Of a stretch of 64,000 nt of DNA, positions 1-12,856 are shown in pieces. Source of the stretch: Eledone cirrhosa (lineage: Eukaryota); NCBI GenBank assembly GCA_964016885.1, contig OZ024741.1, positions 137,826,001 through 137,890,000 of the forward strand. The letters run 5' to 3'. The number at the start of each line of letters is the position of its first letter. Position 1 is the first letter of the stretch. The position numbers and the translations under genes are program-made. The notes beneath the pieces were generated by a model, which saw only the letters and a program-made list of their open reading frames with translations, searched no databases and was not told the DNA's origin.

Positions 1-155
1 CAATTTCCCAGTGCATTGCTGGTACTTTATTTTATCAACCCCGTAAGGATGAAAGGCAAAGTTAACCTCGGAGGGATTTGAACTCAGAATGGCAAGGGCC
101 GTAACTCTATGCGTCAAAGCATGGCGTCCGACCCTCTACCGATACTGCCAATCCA
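1..155 (-). mobile_element. tRNA-derived SINE (Meta/MESC-like core), cut by window edge
   Basis: Minus strand has A-box-like TGGCAGTATCGGTAGA, B-box GAGTTCAAATCCC and core CTTTGCCTTTCATCCTTACGGGGTTGATAAATAAAGTACCAG. Near-identical copies at 42138, 48591, 51484 and 58173. Confidence 0.85.
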
Positions 156-188
156 CAATAATAGAGTATGTTTTCCTAGGTGTAACAA

Positions 189-238
<50 letters not shown>

Positions 239-387
239 TGCATTTAGTCTTAATCGATACATATTAAATATATATCGATTATGTTTCTCAATAAAAAAGA
301 AAAGAATATATATTTCGTGTCTTTTCATCTCTGTGTTGGCTTTGTTTATTTTTTAACTCTCTCTCCGCCTCTCTCTCTCTTGCTCCA

Positions 388-620
388 TATATATACGGAC
401 AGACTGGACGTCGCCTGGCGGACCGTTTTACTGAACACCTCCGGGATATTCGTCTCGGCGGGAGTTCCCCCATCGCCCGCCACTTTGGCTCCCCAGGACT
501 TCCGCCCACCACCTCACAGTCTGTGGCCTACTCCAATGCCACAGAACACCAGCCACCCGCCTTACGGTAGAACAACGCACCATCTTCACCCTACAGACCC
601 ACACCCCCCAGTCTGAACTT
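388..620 (+). pseudogene. Frameshifted GIY-YIG endonuclease C-terminal half of a Penelope-like element (Neptune-like)
   Basis: Manual translation across frames gives YGQTGRRLADRFTEHLRDIR ... PIARHFG ... LTVCGLLQC ... RLTVEQRTIFTLQTHTP, the PLE GIY-YIG pattern. Confidence 0.8.
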
Positions 621-2030
621 CCCACCCCTATTCCTTTAGCCTTCGACAGCCATTCCCCCCCTCATATCCCCCACTAACACCACTAACACACTCCTCCTTC
701 TCACCGCCTCACTCCTTGGACCACCCCACAACTAACAATACTAACAGCCCAACTCCCCCTCCCCCAACTAACAATACTAACATACCCACCCCTCCCCCTC
801 TCACTCACACTCCCACCTGTATATATATACACGCACTCACACTATCCACACACCCTACTACCACCAGTAACCCTCACCCACACGTCCACTCCCACCACCC
901 CACAACTAATATCATTAACACCCCCCCCACGCACACGAACACCCCCCACACCCACACCTACATACAACACCCACTCCACACACCCAACCACCACTAACCC
1001 CCACTTACACACCCGTATCCACCCTTTCCCCACCACCAGTATACTAACACCCACTAACACCCCCTTTCCCAGACACACAATCATCCAAACAAGCACACAC
1101 ACACCAGTACACTACACTCTCTCCTCCTTCCCCAACACCTTTTCTCTCCCTCTCCCTCTTCCCGCTCCACCTACACACATCCCACTATCACCTCTACTAA
1201 TACGCACCCCATCCCCCCACACGACCATCTACCCCTCCACTTTTCACACCTACCCATCTTCTCCCCTGTCCACCGCACCCCCGCACACACAAACACACAG
1301 TCCTCACCACACTAACCATTTCTCCACCTGTCATTCTCCTCTACTGCTATCATTTCACCTTGCCTTGACCCTCTGACCATTTCCTGTTGCGCGGGCACCC
1401 CACCTCTCTCCACTTCCGACCACCACAACCAACGGATTACACACCACCGGTCATCGTTCCAGCTATCCACTCTATAACATGAAAAATATCCAGCCTCACA
1501 CCCCACACTCCACGGAACTACCTTAGGAACTTACCCACGGGCATACACTCACAATTTTTTTTCGAACCACGCCACCCACATCCACACCCCATATAAACAC
1601 CAACACACACGTGTGTACCCCCACATAGACACACTCAGCCTCCGGAATCTACACGCCCACCTCCTCCCGCCATCCACACGCACGCACACACCGACCTACA
1701 CCCCACCCCACGCACACACCGTTTCCTGAAGATGGAACCTCGTTCTTCCCCCAACTCTCACATTCACATAGGTACACACGCACACACACACGTACACCTA
1801 CACACATACACAAACACCAACTTCAGCCCTCCCAGCTCGGACGCCCCGCCTCCCTCTCTCTACTCCACCCGCCACCACTCCTAACCCCTTCCACCACTTG
1901 TTTATCTTTATGTTTATTTTTATTTTTATTTGTACCCCTTCCACCGTTTTTTCTCCCCCCCCCGCCTATTTTCTAAATGTCCCTCCACCACTTCTCCACA
2001 CACCCTCGGAATTCTCTTCCTACCCACTTT

Positions 2031-2063
2031 TCTCCTGATGAAGGGCTTATGCCCGAAACGTCG
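2031..2063 (+). ncRNA. Minimal hammerhead ribozyme motif
   Basis: CTGATGA-A-GGGC-TTAT-GCCC-GAAACGTC. Core and stem II are intact; the stem I partner is unclear. Confidence 0.7.
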
Positions 2064-2151
2064 TTCCCCACCCCCCATTCTCAAGAGCCTGAACCTAATA
2101 AACTTTTATTTGTACTGCTTCTCTATTTTTGTTCCCGTCCAAGTTTTCACT

Positions 2152-2184
2152 GTATATATATATAGATATATGTGTGTGTGTGTA

Positions 2185-2267
<83 letters not shown>

Positions 2268-2422
2268 ATGTGTGTGTGTATATATATAGATATATGTGTG
2301 TGTGTGTGTGTATATACATATAGATATATGTGTGTGTGTATATGTATATATTTATATAGATATATATATGTGTGTGTGTATGTGTGTGTGTATATATATA
2401 GATATATGTGTGTGTGTGTGTA

Positions 2423-2463
<41 letters not shown>

Positions 2464-2567
2464 GAGTGTGTGTGTATGTGTGTGTGTATATATATAGATA
2501 TATGTGTGTGTGTGTGTGTATATATATATAGATATATGTGTGTGTGTATATGTATATATTTGTATAG

Positions 2568-2628
<61 letters not shown>
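2152..2628. repeat. Compound (TA)n/(TG)n microsatellite with higher-order repeats
   Basis: Directly visible; recurring TAGATATATGTGTG units. Confidence 0.95.
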
Positions 2629-2629
<1 letters not shown>

Positions 2630-3554
2630 TGTTGCGTGTTTCCTACAATTATTGGCATTGATGTTGCTGTCATTACTGTTATTGATCTACCTGATATCTT
2701 CGTATGGCTGCCAAGGTATGCAACTATTTTCTTCAGCATGGAATATAATGACGTCAACTAGCGAATTCCATACAAATATTTCGAATGAAAACACAACCCG
2801 AAGGAGTCGTTTTCATACAATATGTATGGTATGGTATGGTCCTTGTATCTCCCGATAGGGTCGTAACGGCACCGCATTGAAATACAACGTTTCTAGGGCA
2901 TAATGTTTTAAACATTGGCGGAACCCATATCTCCACGTCTGAATACTGCAAATTTATATATGCAGAAACAGATAGAGCCTCCTAAGAAAAAGGAGGTGAG
3001 AAAGAAATATAGCGGAAAAATATACCTCATTAATAAACTGGTACTTTTTTACCGACCGCCGAATGGATGAAAAGCAAAGTTAACCTCGGCGGTATCTGAA
3101 TTCAGAGAGCAGAGAGCCAAAATGAATGCTGCAAAGCATCCTAAACGGACGTTAGTCCGTTTAGTAATATTGTTGTGGTCGTGTTTTCGTTGGCAATCGT
3201 CTGTTTACGACAGTACAGCGCGGCTCTACTTTATTTAACTGAGATAAAACTTATATGAGCATGAACAGTAGATCATTACGCATTTTTTGGCTTAAAAATC
3301 TAGAAATTTGGTCCAGCGGGGAAAATTTATAATCAAAGTTTGCTGATAAATCTTGTGTTCAAGTGAGTGAGTAGTAAGCGTGACACTAGGGGAGGTAATC
3401 CAGAAATGACGTAGCTTTGTCATTAAGCCAGTTGCCTCAACTAGATTGAAATTATACTCAAAAGAACTTTAAAATGTCAATCACTTGTCAGTAATTCACT
3501 ATGATCATTTAATTATTAGATAGTTGTTGCTTGCATTGCCTTAAAAAATAGTAG

Positions 3555-4579
3555 ACCAGATAGAAAAATGCGTACAGCAAAAAAAAGTAATATTGTTGGA
3601 ATATAAAACTTTAAAAATACAGGACAAGAAACTAAAATGAAACTTTAAAAGAATAGGACAAGAAACTAAGATAAAACTTTAAAGAATTGGACAAGAAATA
3701 AAAAAATTTACAATAATATTAGTGGCAACATTTTTTTATTCGTTTCCTGTGCTATACCCCAGTATCTTCTTGATTAGTGCATAATAATTGTCATGCTCTC
3801 ATTGTGCGTTGCCCCTGAGCGGTTGGTTCTGGTTGGGGTTGGTTGGCTGAGCAATTCTGCTCCTTAAAATGACCATTGCAAGAAGAATTGGCCGATACAG
3901 CTGCAGGTCTCCTCCAAGAATGCACTTCTGGTCCCGCAACACCAGACGAAGATGGAGAAGACGACCGGGACAAGATGTCGACTCTGACCACCGAGTACGG
4001 AACCTCCCTCAACCACCGGTCCTCCCTCCCTCTGTCCCGTCATCCCTCCAGTCCTCCTGCTCCCCCTTCCTGTACCAGAAAGCTGTGGCACGCATTCATC
4101 TGGACTGCCGGACTTGAACTCAAGGACAAGATGCAAGGAGAAGATGGACGGGTTGGTCAAGATCAAGGATGAGCGGGACGACAAGACCGTCCGCTGCTGC
4201 TCAAGATCTGTGTTCATGGGCCCATGGGTCCATTCACATTATCCATGACACATGAGGCGTGTCGGCGAATGATGAAATAGGGGTATGGTTATGGCCCAAT
4301 TGGTGTTCAAACCAGGATCAAATGATCCCCCCGGTCTGACGACGACCTCTGAATGTGGAACCCAGAGCCTATGAATGTGGAACTCGATTTTTTATAAATA
4401 AATATTTTGCCACTAATATTATTGTAAATTTTTTTATTTCTTGTCCAATTCTTTAAAGTTTTATCTTAGTTCCTTATCCTATTCTTTTAAAGTTTTATTT
4501 TAGTTTCTTGTCCTGTATTTTTAAAGTTTTATATTCCAACAATATTACTTTTTTTGCTGTACGCATTTTTCTATCTGGT
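3555..4579. mobile_element. Non-autonomous element with ~175-bp terminal inverted repeats and a GC-richer internal segment
   Basis: 3555-3730 (ACCAGATAGAAAAATGCGTACAGC...) is the reverse complement of ~4405-4579. Each arm has three ~30-bp subrepeats (AAAACTTTAAA...GGACAAGAAA). Confidence 0.8.
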
Positions 4580-5699
4580 TAAATAAATGTTTAAAATGTC
4601 ATTGAAGTTATATGCTTATATATTTCTTGAAGTGTATTATTTCTAATTTCAGTAGTATTCGTAACGAACAATAATTGCAATAAATGGCATTGATTCATCA
4701 CACAGTGAATGACTTCTAGTTCTTAATATACTGTGATATATGTCTATGGTATCACCATGCACTAATAGAGCACGCGTAATTAAAGCGTAGCGAATTCTAA
4801 TCTTTTTTTTTTTATCACGAATCCAAACAGATGTCAGATACAATACAGCATATTTTATCTCAATTTTCCATTACTTTACATAGCTCGATAGCTCTCTGTA
4901 CTATATTTACAACCTTAATTTCGTTATAATGAAAAGTTATATCAGTAATCTCATTTAGTACACATAAAAGGCCCAACCCTTGTTAATATCATTATAATGA
5001 TAATTAGAATATTGAGGTTTCAGTTTAGCTGATTATCGCATAAACGTGTGACTATTAACAGAGAAAGTGATAAGAAAATATTGCTATACATATTTGATAG
5101 GGAAACGCGTAAAAGCATAACGATGGGAATTATACTTTTCATTATAAATGCTAAACGAATAAAGGGAGAAAACGAGCGAGCGAGCGAGAGAGAGAGGGGG
5201 ATAGATAGATAGATAGATAGATAGAGAGAGAAAGAGAGATAACTTTATTGATTTCGATAATTCGATGAATAATATTAAAGTTTATTAGATTAACACTTTA
5301 AGCATATTGATTAGTGGGAATGTTGACCTTGTGTATCGACTTAACCAAAGATAATTGTCGTTGACACGAGATGGAGTTGAATACATCAAGCGAAATATAA
5401 TTAAGCATAAAACAAAATAAATTCACTAACATATCAAAAGCGATAGATATTCAACAGAATTCTAACCAAGTTTATTCTAGTAACCCACTTCACGCAGGAG
5501 CCATTTAGTTGTATATTTTACGAACAATTTAACACATTTCTATTTCTTTTATTTGCATAATTAAAGGTTTTAGCAAAATAATAAAATGATAATAATTTTA
5601 AACGTCATTAAAATTTCAGTAGATTTTCTGCTCTCTAGAACTTATAGGTTACAGAGAGATAATGTTCTAACGAGTTTTAATAGCAGCTATTTTGTTGGT

Positions 5700-6200
5700 A
5701 ATGGGTAACAGGGGCTATATCATCAACCGGCATTTATCAAAAGCTGCATGTTGTTCGAAAAGGAATACATTGCATATTGGATAAGATGAAATCATTTAAA
5801 GACGTAATAGTTTGCCTAAAATTTTTTATTTTCGATACATTTAAAATGACGCCCACAAAATATACTGTAAAGCAAATTACGGGCATGTAGCTAGAATCTC
5901 TAAGGAAATAATCGCTGGACAGATTTTAAGGATAAAATTATCCGGCAGGAATCTTAGGGGTAGACCCCGAGCCAGATTGTTGAATAACATTCATGCGATT
6001 GCGAATCCAGCCGGATTAATTGGATAAAGTTGCTTCTGATACGACCCGCTAGAAAGAGTTTTTCAGGACGCTGTCCCCACGACCCTCACAAGAAGAAGAA
6101 GAAGAAGAAGAAGAAGAAGAAGAAGAAAAAGAAGAAGAAGAAGAAGAAGAAGAAGAAGAAGAAGACCACCACCAACAACAACAACAACAACAACAACAAG
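5700..6200 (+). mobile_element. Decayed 3' end of an RTE-clade LINE with (AAG)n/(AAC)n tail
   Basis: Translates to YGHVARISK...GQILR...RGRPRARLLNNI...DKVASDTTR, the RTE C-terminal pattern. (AAG)n starts at ~6090. Confidence 0.6.
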
Positions 6201-6639
6201 AAAAGGAAGAAGATTAGCAAGTGTAATGAAAGAACCTAACTTTGTATTTCACTAGACTGGTGATATCAATCTGCGTCAGAGTTCAGTCTCCTAGGTTACC
6301 TCTGAAAGTTATACCCTTTATTATCTCAAGTAAAATAATTTCAACTTATAGTTTTGTAAGCTTACGTATCTAACTTGACACTTCGTGCTGTGATCACACT
6401 GCGAAAATAATGAGGAAGAAGATAGGTGTGTCTGTGTGTATGCGTGTGTGTGAGTGTGTGTGGGTGTGTGCGTCTATGTGTCTGTGTGCGTGTGTGTTTT
6501 TATGTGTGTGTGTATGCGTGCGTGCGTGTGTTATTTAAGTTGTTTGAATAAGCTACCGACGGCGAAACTTTACTTTTATCAATTTGCAATATACATTTTA
6601 CAGACTACACAAGTTTTGAACACATTATTCAAAGGGAGA

Positions 6640-6803
6640 TGAATTGGCAGTATCGGTAGAGCGTCAGACACCCTGCTTTGCGGCATAGAGTTATGGCTCT
6701 TTACGTTCTGAGTTCAAATACCACCAAGGTGGCCCTTACGGGGTCGCTAAAGTAAAGCACCAGTAATTCACTGGGGTAATTGCTGGCCTTGTAGAAACAA
6801 TTA
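6640..6803 (+). mobile_element. Diverged copy of the tRNA-derived SINE
   Basis: TTGGCAGTATCGGTAGA...CTGAGTTCAAAT...CCTTACGGGGTCG...GCTGGCCTTGTAGAAACAATT. Confidence 0.75.
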
Positions 6804-6859
6804 CTCAAAGTTCACCTTCTTTACCCTTTAAGAAAGCTAACTTTTAGCAACGCTCGCTG

Positions 6860-6892
<33 letters not shown>

Positions 6893-7292
6893 GTATATAC
6901 ATACACACATATATATATATATGTTTATATATGTTTATATATATATATGTATATACATACACATATATATATATATATATATGGTGTGTTTTTATATATG
7001 TCCAAATATATTTGTGCATGTGTACATAAAAGTGTAACATTCTTAAAGATTTGTTTAGTGGTTGCATTCGTGAGCCTGTCTGAATTTGCCAGTATATATA
7101 TGTGTAATTTGATGGCTCGTGTGTGTATATATCTATATGTGATGTGCACTGAACCATTAAACCATTACTCCTGATGGAGACGTTTTGGGGAAATTTATAA
7201 CCTGACGGAGCCCATCTCTTCTCCATCTCTGTACACGCTCAATTTCGTCTTCTTCTTCTTCTTCTTCTTAGAGAGAGATAGAGAGGGAGAGA

Positions 7293-7352
<60 letters not shown>

Positions 7353-7547
7353 ATGAAATGATGAAAGAAAAAGTTGTCCCCCGTAGGATTTGAATTCAGA
7401 GAGTAGAGAGCCGAGACGAACACCACACAGCATTCAATCAGACGTTTTTATGACTCTGCCAAATGAGAATCTATATGTGGCGTGTACGTAAACACTGAAA
7501 CGTTCTTAATTGGAATAGAAAAATGCATACATATGTAAATGGATTGT

Positions 7548-7604
<57 letters not shown>

Positions 7605-7652
7605 ACGATGATAAAGAACGAGGATTCAGTGTTGCATCATACAATATTGAAT

Positions 7653-7743
7653 AACATATTACATATGTTTCTCTATCGATCAGCTCAAAGCAAGTTCTAT
7701 AGATCAAGCCTGACTCTGTAATCGAAAGTTCGTAAGATATGTT
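7653..7743 (-). ncRNA. Degenerate HHR of the long-stem-II family
   Basis: Minus strand: AACATAT-CTTACGA-...GATTACAGAGTCAGGCTTGATC...GAGCTGATCGATAGA-GAAA-CATATG-TA-ATATGTT. 7-bp stem I; one core substitution; homologous to 43865-43947. Confidence 0.65.
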
Positions 7744-7918
7744 TGCTATATGAGTTCCTCTCCATATATATATATATATATAGTAAGTATGTTTTGAAAC
7801 AGTGAGCAGGTTTGAAATTAGAAAATAGAATAGCTTTCACCGTATTTTTGACTAAAGGAATTTTAGCCTGATAATGGGGTTTAGAACCCTCAGATAAATG
7901 GAAAAAGATAAGTATTGA

Positions 7919-8016
<98 letters not shown>

Positions 8017-8037
8017 AAATTTGGCTTCGTTTATTAC

Positions 8038-8088
8038 TGCTATATATATTTCGGTGACAGCCATCTTTGGCTGTGACCTCTTCAGGCA
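8038..8088 (-). ncRNA. Minimal hammerhead ribozyme motif
   Basis: Minus strand: TGC-CTGAAGA-GGTCACAGCCA-AAGA-TGGCTGTCACC-GAAA-TATATA-TA-GCA. Full core, 10/11-bp stem II, palindromic stem III. Confidence 0.85.
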
Positions 8089-8338
8089 CTCCGAATTAGT
8101 GTGGTAGATACGAGTACACATATTGTTGAGCTGTTTAACTTTGTCAATACTCTGATATGCCCAGTTCCTGGTTGGGTTGTTATTTCACTGAGGAACTGGA
8201 ATCATAATTTTAAACAGTTGACTTATTTATTTTATTTTATTTTACATTACTCCGGAGTAACCAAATCAATCTGCGCACTTCGTCGAGTGCTTCTATCTGC
8301 ATACCGAGGTGTTGGTATACAACCAACATATACTCAAA

Positions 8339-8394
<56 letters not shown>

Positions 8395-8399
<5 letters not shown>

Positions 8400-8600
8400 A
8401 ACCAGTAAGACCCCGACAGCTGAGCTCAAGCCGTTTCGACGGCTAATTCTGGACGGCTAATTCAGTCCAGAATTAGCCGTCGAAACGGCTTGAGCTCAGC
8501 TGTCGGGGTCTTACTGGTTCCTATTACCCACTCTACTACCTCAAGTATTGAGTACTTTGGTGCGTTATGGTCCACCTGGTTCCTTACCACATTTCCTTCG

Positions 8601-8602
<2 letters not shown>
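8395..8602 (+). mobile_element. Fold-back PLE-type mini element between (TA)n tracts: perfect 60-bp hairpin plus tail
   Basis: Arms 8395-8454 and 8465-8524 are exact reverse complements. The right side holds HHR stem II, GAAAC and a GTC site. The tail is shared with 57100-57175 and 49870-49940. Confidence 0.8.
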
Positions 8603-8666
<64 letters not shown>

Positions 8667-8860
8667 ATACTTGGGGAGGGTCATATTTGTGTAATACTAT
8701 TGCCAGAATTAATAACACAACACAGTCACTGTTTGGTTGGTTTTCACTTCTGTGTCTTTTATATCGGTTAATTTAATTTATTCGGTCCTCAATGTTGCCA
8801 TTGACTGACCAACGGTCAAAAATACAGATACAATATAGACACAAACACATATATATAGTC

Positions 8861-8904
8861 TATCAAAATTCTTTCGTTGCACATCTGCAACATCGTCAGT
8901 GGTG
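8861..8904 (-). ncRNA. HHR motif with degenerate stems I and III, inside a PLE-type unit at ~8662-8960
   Basis: Minus strand: CTGACGA-T-GTTGCA-GATG-TGCAAC-GAAA-GAATTT. The tail is homologous to 58100-58137 (ATGACCCTCCCAAAGTATAACAATA). Confidence 0.6.
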
Positions 8905-9256
8905 CTATTATGTTTCCTCCCGCTGCATTGTCTGAGGTCTTGCTCTGTGGACCTATGAACAACGGTATTATTTTTGTTATATTTTATTGCGTGGAATCTC
9001 TAACCGAAGAATTTTGTTTGTAAGTGTATAATAAAATATGTCTCGTACATTCGTTGGCGTCTCATTGAAATTCTAATTGACAGAGGCCAATTTCATAGTG
9101 GGAAGAGCATTCTTGCAGGAAGATTGAAGGAAGATTCCAGAAGCCAATCTAGTTAACAAATCATGTTCGACTCTCAGTGAATGGTAAATGGCGATTGTCA
9201 CTTGACATTTCATCTGTCCACTTCACTGTAATTTACTTCAAACTCGTGAATATACA

Positions 9257-9295
<39 letters not shown>

Positions 9296-9323
9296 CTCTC
9301 TCTCTCTCGCTCTCTCTCTCACA

Positions 9324-9455
<132 letters not shown>

Positions 9456-9854
9456 CTTCGCCTTATTTCAATTCCTAACAATTTGTTTAGCACTTTTATT
9501 TATTTTCCATTCTCTTCCGATTTTTTCTAGGATGCTTGTTTCTTTAATTTACTTCTTTCGCCGATGTCCTTTCTCCGATAAGATTAGATTTCTGGCCCTT
9601 CAAAATGTCATAACACTGTTTCAGAAATAAAATATTGGTTAGATGAAGAGAATGGTCAATTGAGTTAAATGAAACTAAGAGTAATTGTTGCATCCATAAA
9701 TATTATAATATAAATATACTTGTAGAGCTTTAAATATTGAATCTTTCCTACTTTAGTTATATACATTTGATGAGATTATCGAGTATGTTCTTCAGCCACC
9801 TTGTTATTAAAATCCAAGTATTTCTAAAACACTTATATAAAAGTGTCTGTGTAA

Positions 9855-10720
9855 GTTATTGTTGTATTTGAGGATGGTAATGTTAATATTGCCACTAGAA
9901 TCACATGCACTATTTGAATTTCACTGCAGCTTTATTATCAGTTATTAGTTTGTTAAATGTCTTTCGTCACATATTCGGTTACTATTTGTCTTCCTCTGTG
10001 CCTCCTCTTCTATCTGTTCTTAATTTGTTTATTCCCTCTTTTCTATAGGACCAGGAGTACGAATATTCGTTGAACAAATATGACAACAATATATGTAGGA
10101 GAGACAGTCTTTAGCAAAGGAGAAAGGATGACGGAACATTGGCGAGAACTCAAACAAGAGAAAAACGCGTCAGTGCTATACTAACATGCGAAACTGGAAC
10201 ATGGGAGTTCAATTGATAACATTGAAGTAAAGATCCTTTCCACACACAAGACTGGCACAACGCTCACACATATAATAGAGAATGGACCGAACCTGAACAG
10301 AAAGCACAAATGGAACAGTAACACCCAAACCTCAAACCTAATGGCTAAGGACAGAATAGGACACAAAAACACATAGGAAGACACAAAAAAGAAATGTAAA
10401 AGCTACGCCCCCCCCCTACACACCCGCACACACACACACACACACAAGACACACATATCGATGTCAAACATGAAGACACGAATGCATGTGCAGACTGGAA
10501 AACGTACCACAGAAAGACAAGTTGGAATATACAAAATAAGAGATAATAGAAGAAGAGACCCAGAGAAAAACATAGAGCCATTGAGGAGATCACAGAATGT
10601 GTGACGAAAGAACATCGATGAACTAACTAATAACTGATAATAAAGCCTGAGAGAAATTCAAATAGTGCCTTTGTTTTTATTGGTAATATTGGCAACATGA
10701 CTATCCCCAAATATAACACA
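9855..10720 (+). mobile_element. PLE-type non-autonomous element with an inverted terminal copy (~9855-10050 vs ~10520-10720) and a degenerate HHR at 10579-10620
   Basis: CTTTATTATCAGTTATTAGTT and GCACTATTTGAATTTC on the left are reverse complements of right-arm sequence. The right arm has TTGAGGA-GATCAC-AGAATGT-GTGAC-GAAA. Confidence 0.65.
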
Positions 10721-12009
10721 TGTTTCAACACTAGATTTCACATCAAGAGACCTTAAAAAAACACATATCTACGTAATTTAGTTTACTTTATATTCATTGT
10801 GTTGATATAGTCACGATTGTCCATTGAATAATCTTCTAAATATTAAGACTTACTATAATCCCATTGATGTGATTTGAAAGATAACTAGTTTATTTCACGC
10901 AAATTATAGGAATGTGTAGCTCTGTAGATAATTCTGTCAGTGCCAGTGTGGTATTACATAACAAAAACATTGGAAGACACCAATCGACAGATGGAAGCAA
11001 GGAAACTGATTTCGTTGGACTTATCTGTTGGTTGAAACGCGAGTAAAAACAAGGATCAGATACTGCAACACATCCACACCGGTTCTTCAACACTTCCGGA
11101 AAAACAGGCTCATGGACTGGTAGTTTATTTATCGACAACGAAAAAATGGAAGACGATCAAAAGGTGTGCTGCAGAAAGCAGAAAGTGCAGGCATTAATTG
11201 CGATACCCTAACGCATCTGTCAATTTGCTGATGAGAATATAAATCATTAACAAGACCAAAGCAAGGTAAAGATATTGGAACGTCTGCAAATGTCGATAGA
11301 CAACATTTTATCCACAAGCAATTTATTCAATGGTGGTCAAATCACCTAAGGTATCGACGGTTGCATCAAATTTAAATATGTGTGAAAGGAAGGAAAATAC
11401 TACTATCACTCGTTTACAGCATGCCAGCTACAAATCAATAAGCGAATTTAAACTGGTAGTAAGTTATCTGTTGGAAAACATGCTTGTATGTATTCTTTAG
11501 AAAGTTTTACTTGTTAGTTGAAAAACCCCGTATGTATATATATTTATACATACATACATACATGGTGTTTGCTGCCAACTCGTTTTCGAGTACGGCCACT
11601 ACTTTATATCCATGTAGGAGAACCCCTACCGATGCGCTGAACGAGTGTGACTTATTAGTCCAACCAGCAACTTGAAAACTCTGGTACAAACACTACACTT
11701 GTGACAATTATTGACACATAGTGTTGGGCCCATGGTACCATGTGACGACAAGTGCAGAGAGATCTCCAGATATAAAGCAATGCCTGTGCCGTGAAGCTTT
11801 TATAGTGAGCAAAGGCATTGCACAAAGTCAGTCCCACTCTCTTAACCAAGATGATATTTACCAAAAAGAAGAACAAGTGAACATCATTGGATACCATCGG
11901 GGTTGCAGGTGTTATATCAGAGTTTTCCTTCTCCTAGAATTCTGACTTGACAAAGGCTAAGGTGTCATCTCTCCCGGTGATTTTGGATGGCCATATACAT
12001 ACATACATT

Positions 12010-12086
<77 letters not shown>

Positions 12087-12249
12087 TATACACACATGTA
12101 TATGTCGGCTAGTGAGTAGGCAGTTTGGACAAAGGTCGTGAGGTAAGCCTTTTCGCGGCTCGGTCTTAGTGTAATATTATTGGCGTAATATTTCACGTTG
12201 CTACAGTCAACTCAATTGTGCGTGGAGTTATATACAAATACTCTCTCTC

Positions 12250-12287
<38 letters not shown>

Positions 12288-12430
12288 TAACAGACTAAAG
12301 TTTAAACAAATCTTTGCATTTTAGTCTTCACATTTATTATTATTACTATATATATATATATATATATATATGTTGATTTAAAACTGCACTATCCACAAGT
12401 GTTTTTTAACCTTCATATCATGTCTTCCTG

Positions 12431-12497
12431 TTTTATCTGATGAAAACACAAATATTATTGCATGATGATATTTGTTTTTGAAATGCGCATAATAAAA
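12431..12497 (+). ncRNA. Hammerhead ribozyme motif
   Basis: TTTTAT-CTGATGA-(~16-bp stem II, GCAT loop)-GAAA-TGCGCA-TA-ATAAAA. All stems and the core are intact. Confidence 0.9.
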
Positions 12498-12534
12498 TAC
12501 ATGAAACTCTTTTAACCATCTTTTGTTCTTATAT

Positions 12535-12637
<103 letters not shown>

Positions 12638-12683
12638 TAAAATACAGATATTAAGAAAATAGATGTTCTTTTGATCAATTACA

Positions 12684-12734
12684 TTTTATTATACATATTT
12701 CGGATGTACGACAGTACGTCCTCATCAGACAAAA
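12684..12734 (-). ncRNA. Hammerhead ribozyme motif
   Basis: Minus strand: TTTTGT-CTGATGA-GGACGTAC-TGTC-GTACATCC-GAAA-TATGTA-TA-ATAAAA. Confidence 0.85.
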
Positions 12735-12820
12735 TATTGATATACTCATTGAATCTTGTTTAACTCTCTAATATATATATATTCAAAATGGCCAATTTTA
12801 TCTATTATTTCTAATTATAT

Positions 12821-12856
12821 TTTCTGATGAGGAACTAGTGTCCGAAAGGTTAAGAC
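12821..12856 (+). ncRNA. Minimal HHR motif, same family as 55913
   Basis: CTGATGA-GGA-ACTAGTG-TCC-GAAA-GG-TTA-AGA. The downstream tail (TATTTCAACCGTTAAACTAATATATTTCTTC) is shared with 55961-55991. Confidence 0.7.

Larger units (their letters stand above)
388..2152 (+). mobile_element. 5'-truncated Penelope-like element: GIY-YIG remnant, long C/A-skewed 3' region, HHR and tail ending at (TA)n
   Basis: GIY-YIG fragment, then ~1.4 kb of strongly C-rich low-complexity sequence, an HHR core at 2035 and a T-rich tail abutting the microsatellite at 2152. Confidence 0.7.

Noticed and set aside
1720-1750. CTGAAGA followed by the hairpin GGAAC-CTC-GTTC
   Set aside because: No GAAA or cleavage triplet follows, so it is not counted as an HHR. 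The same applies to CTGANGA hits at ~4336, ~11228, ~38733 and ~41470.
2630-2950. Complex sequence with a minus-strand acceptor-like TTTGCAG and peptide-like frames (IQTWRYGFRQCLKHYALETL..., LVDVIIFHAEENSCIPWQPYEDI)
   Set aside because: All frames are interrupted by stops and I recognise no family. It could be a decayed exon; BLASTX would be needed.
3600-3700. Regularly spaced ~30-bp repeats superficially like a CRISPR array
   Set aside because: The repeats are contiguous without unique spacers, lie within a TIR, and the context is eukaryotic with no cas genes.
10880-11480. Non-repetitive stretch, possibly a DNA-transposon remnant
   Set aside because: No TIR or transposase motif that I can support.
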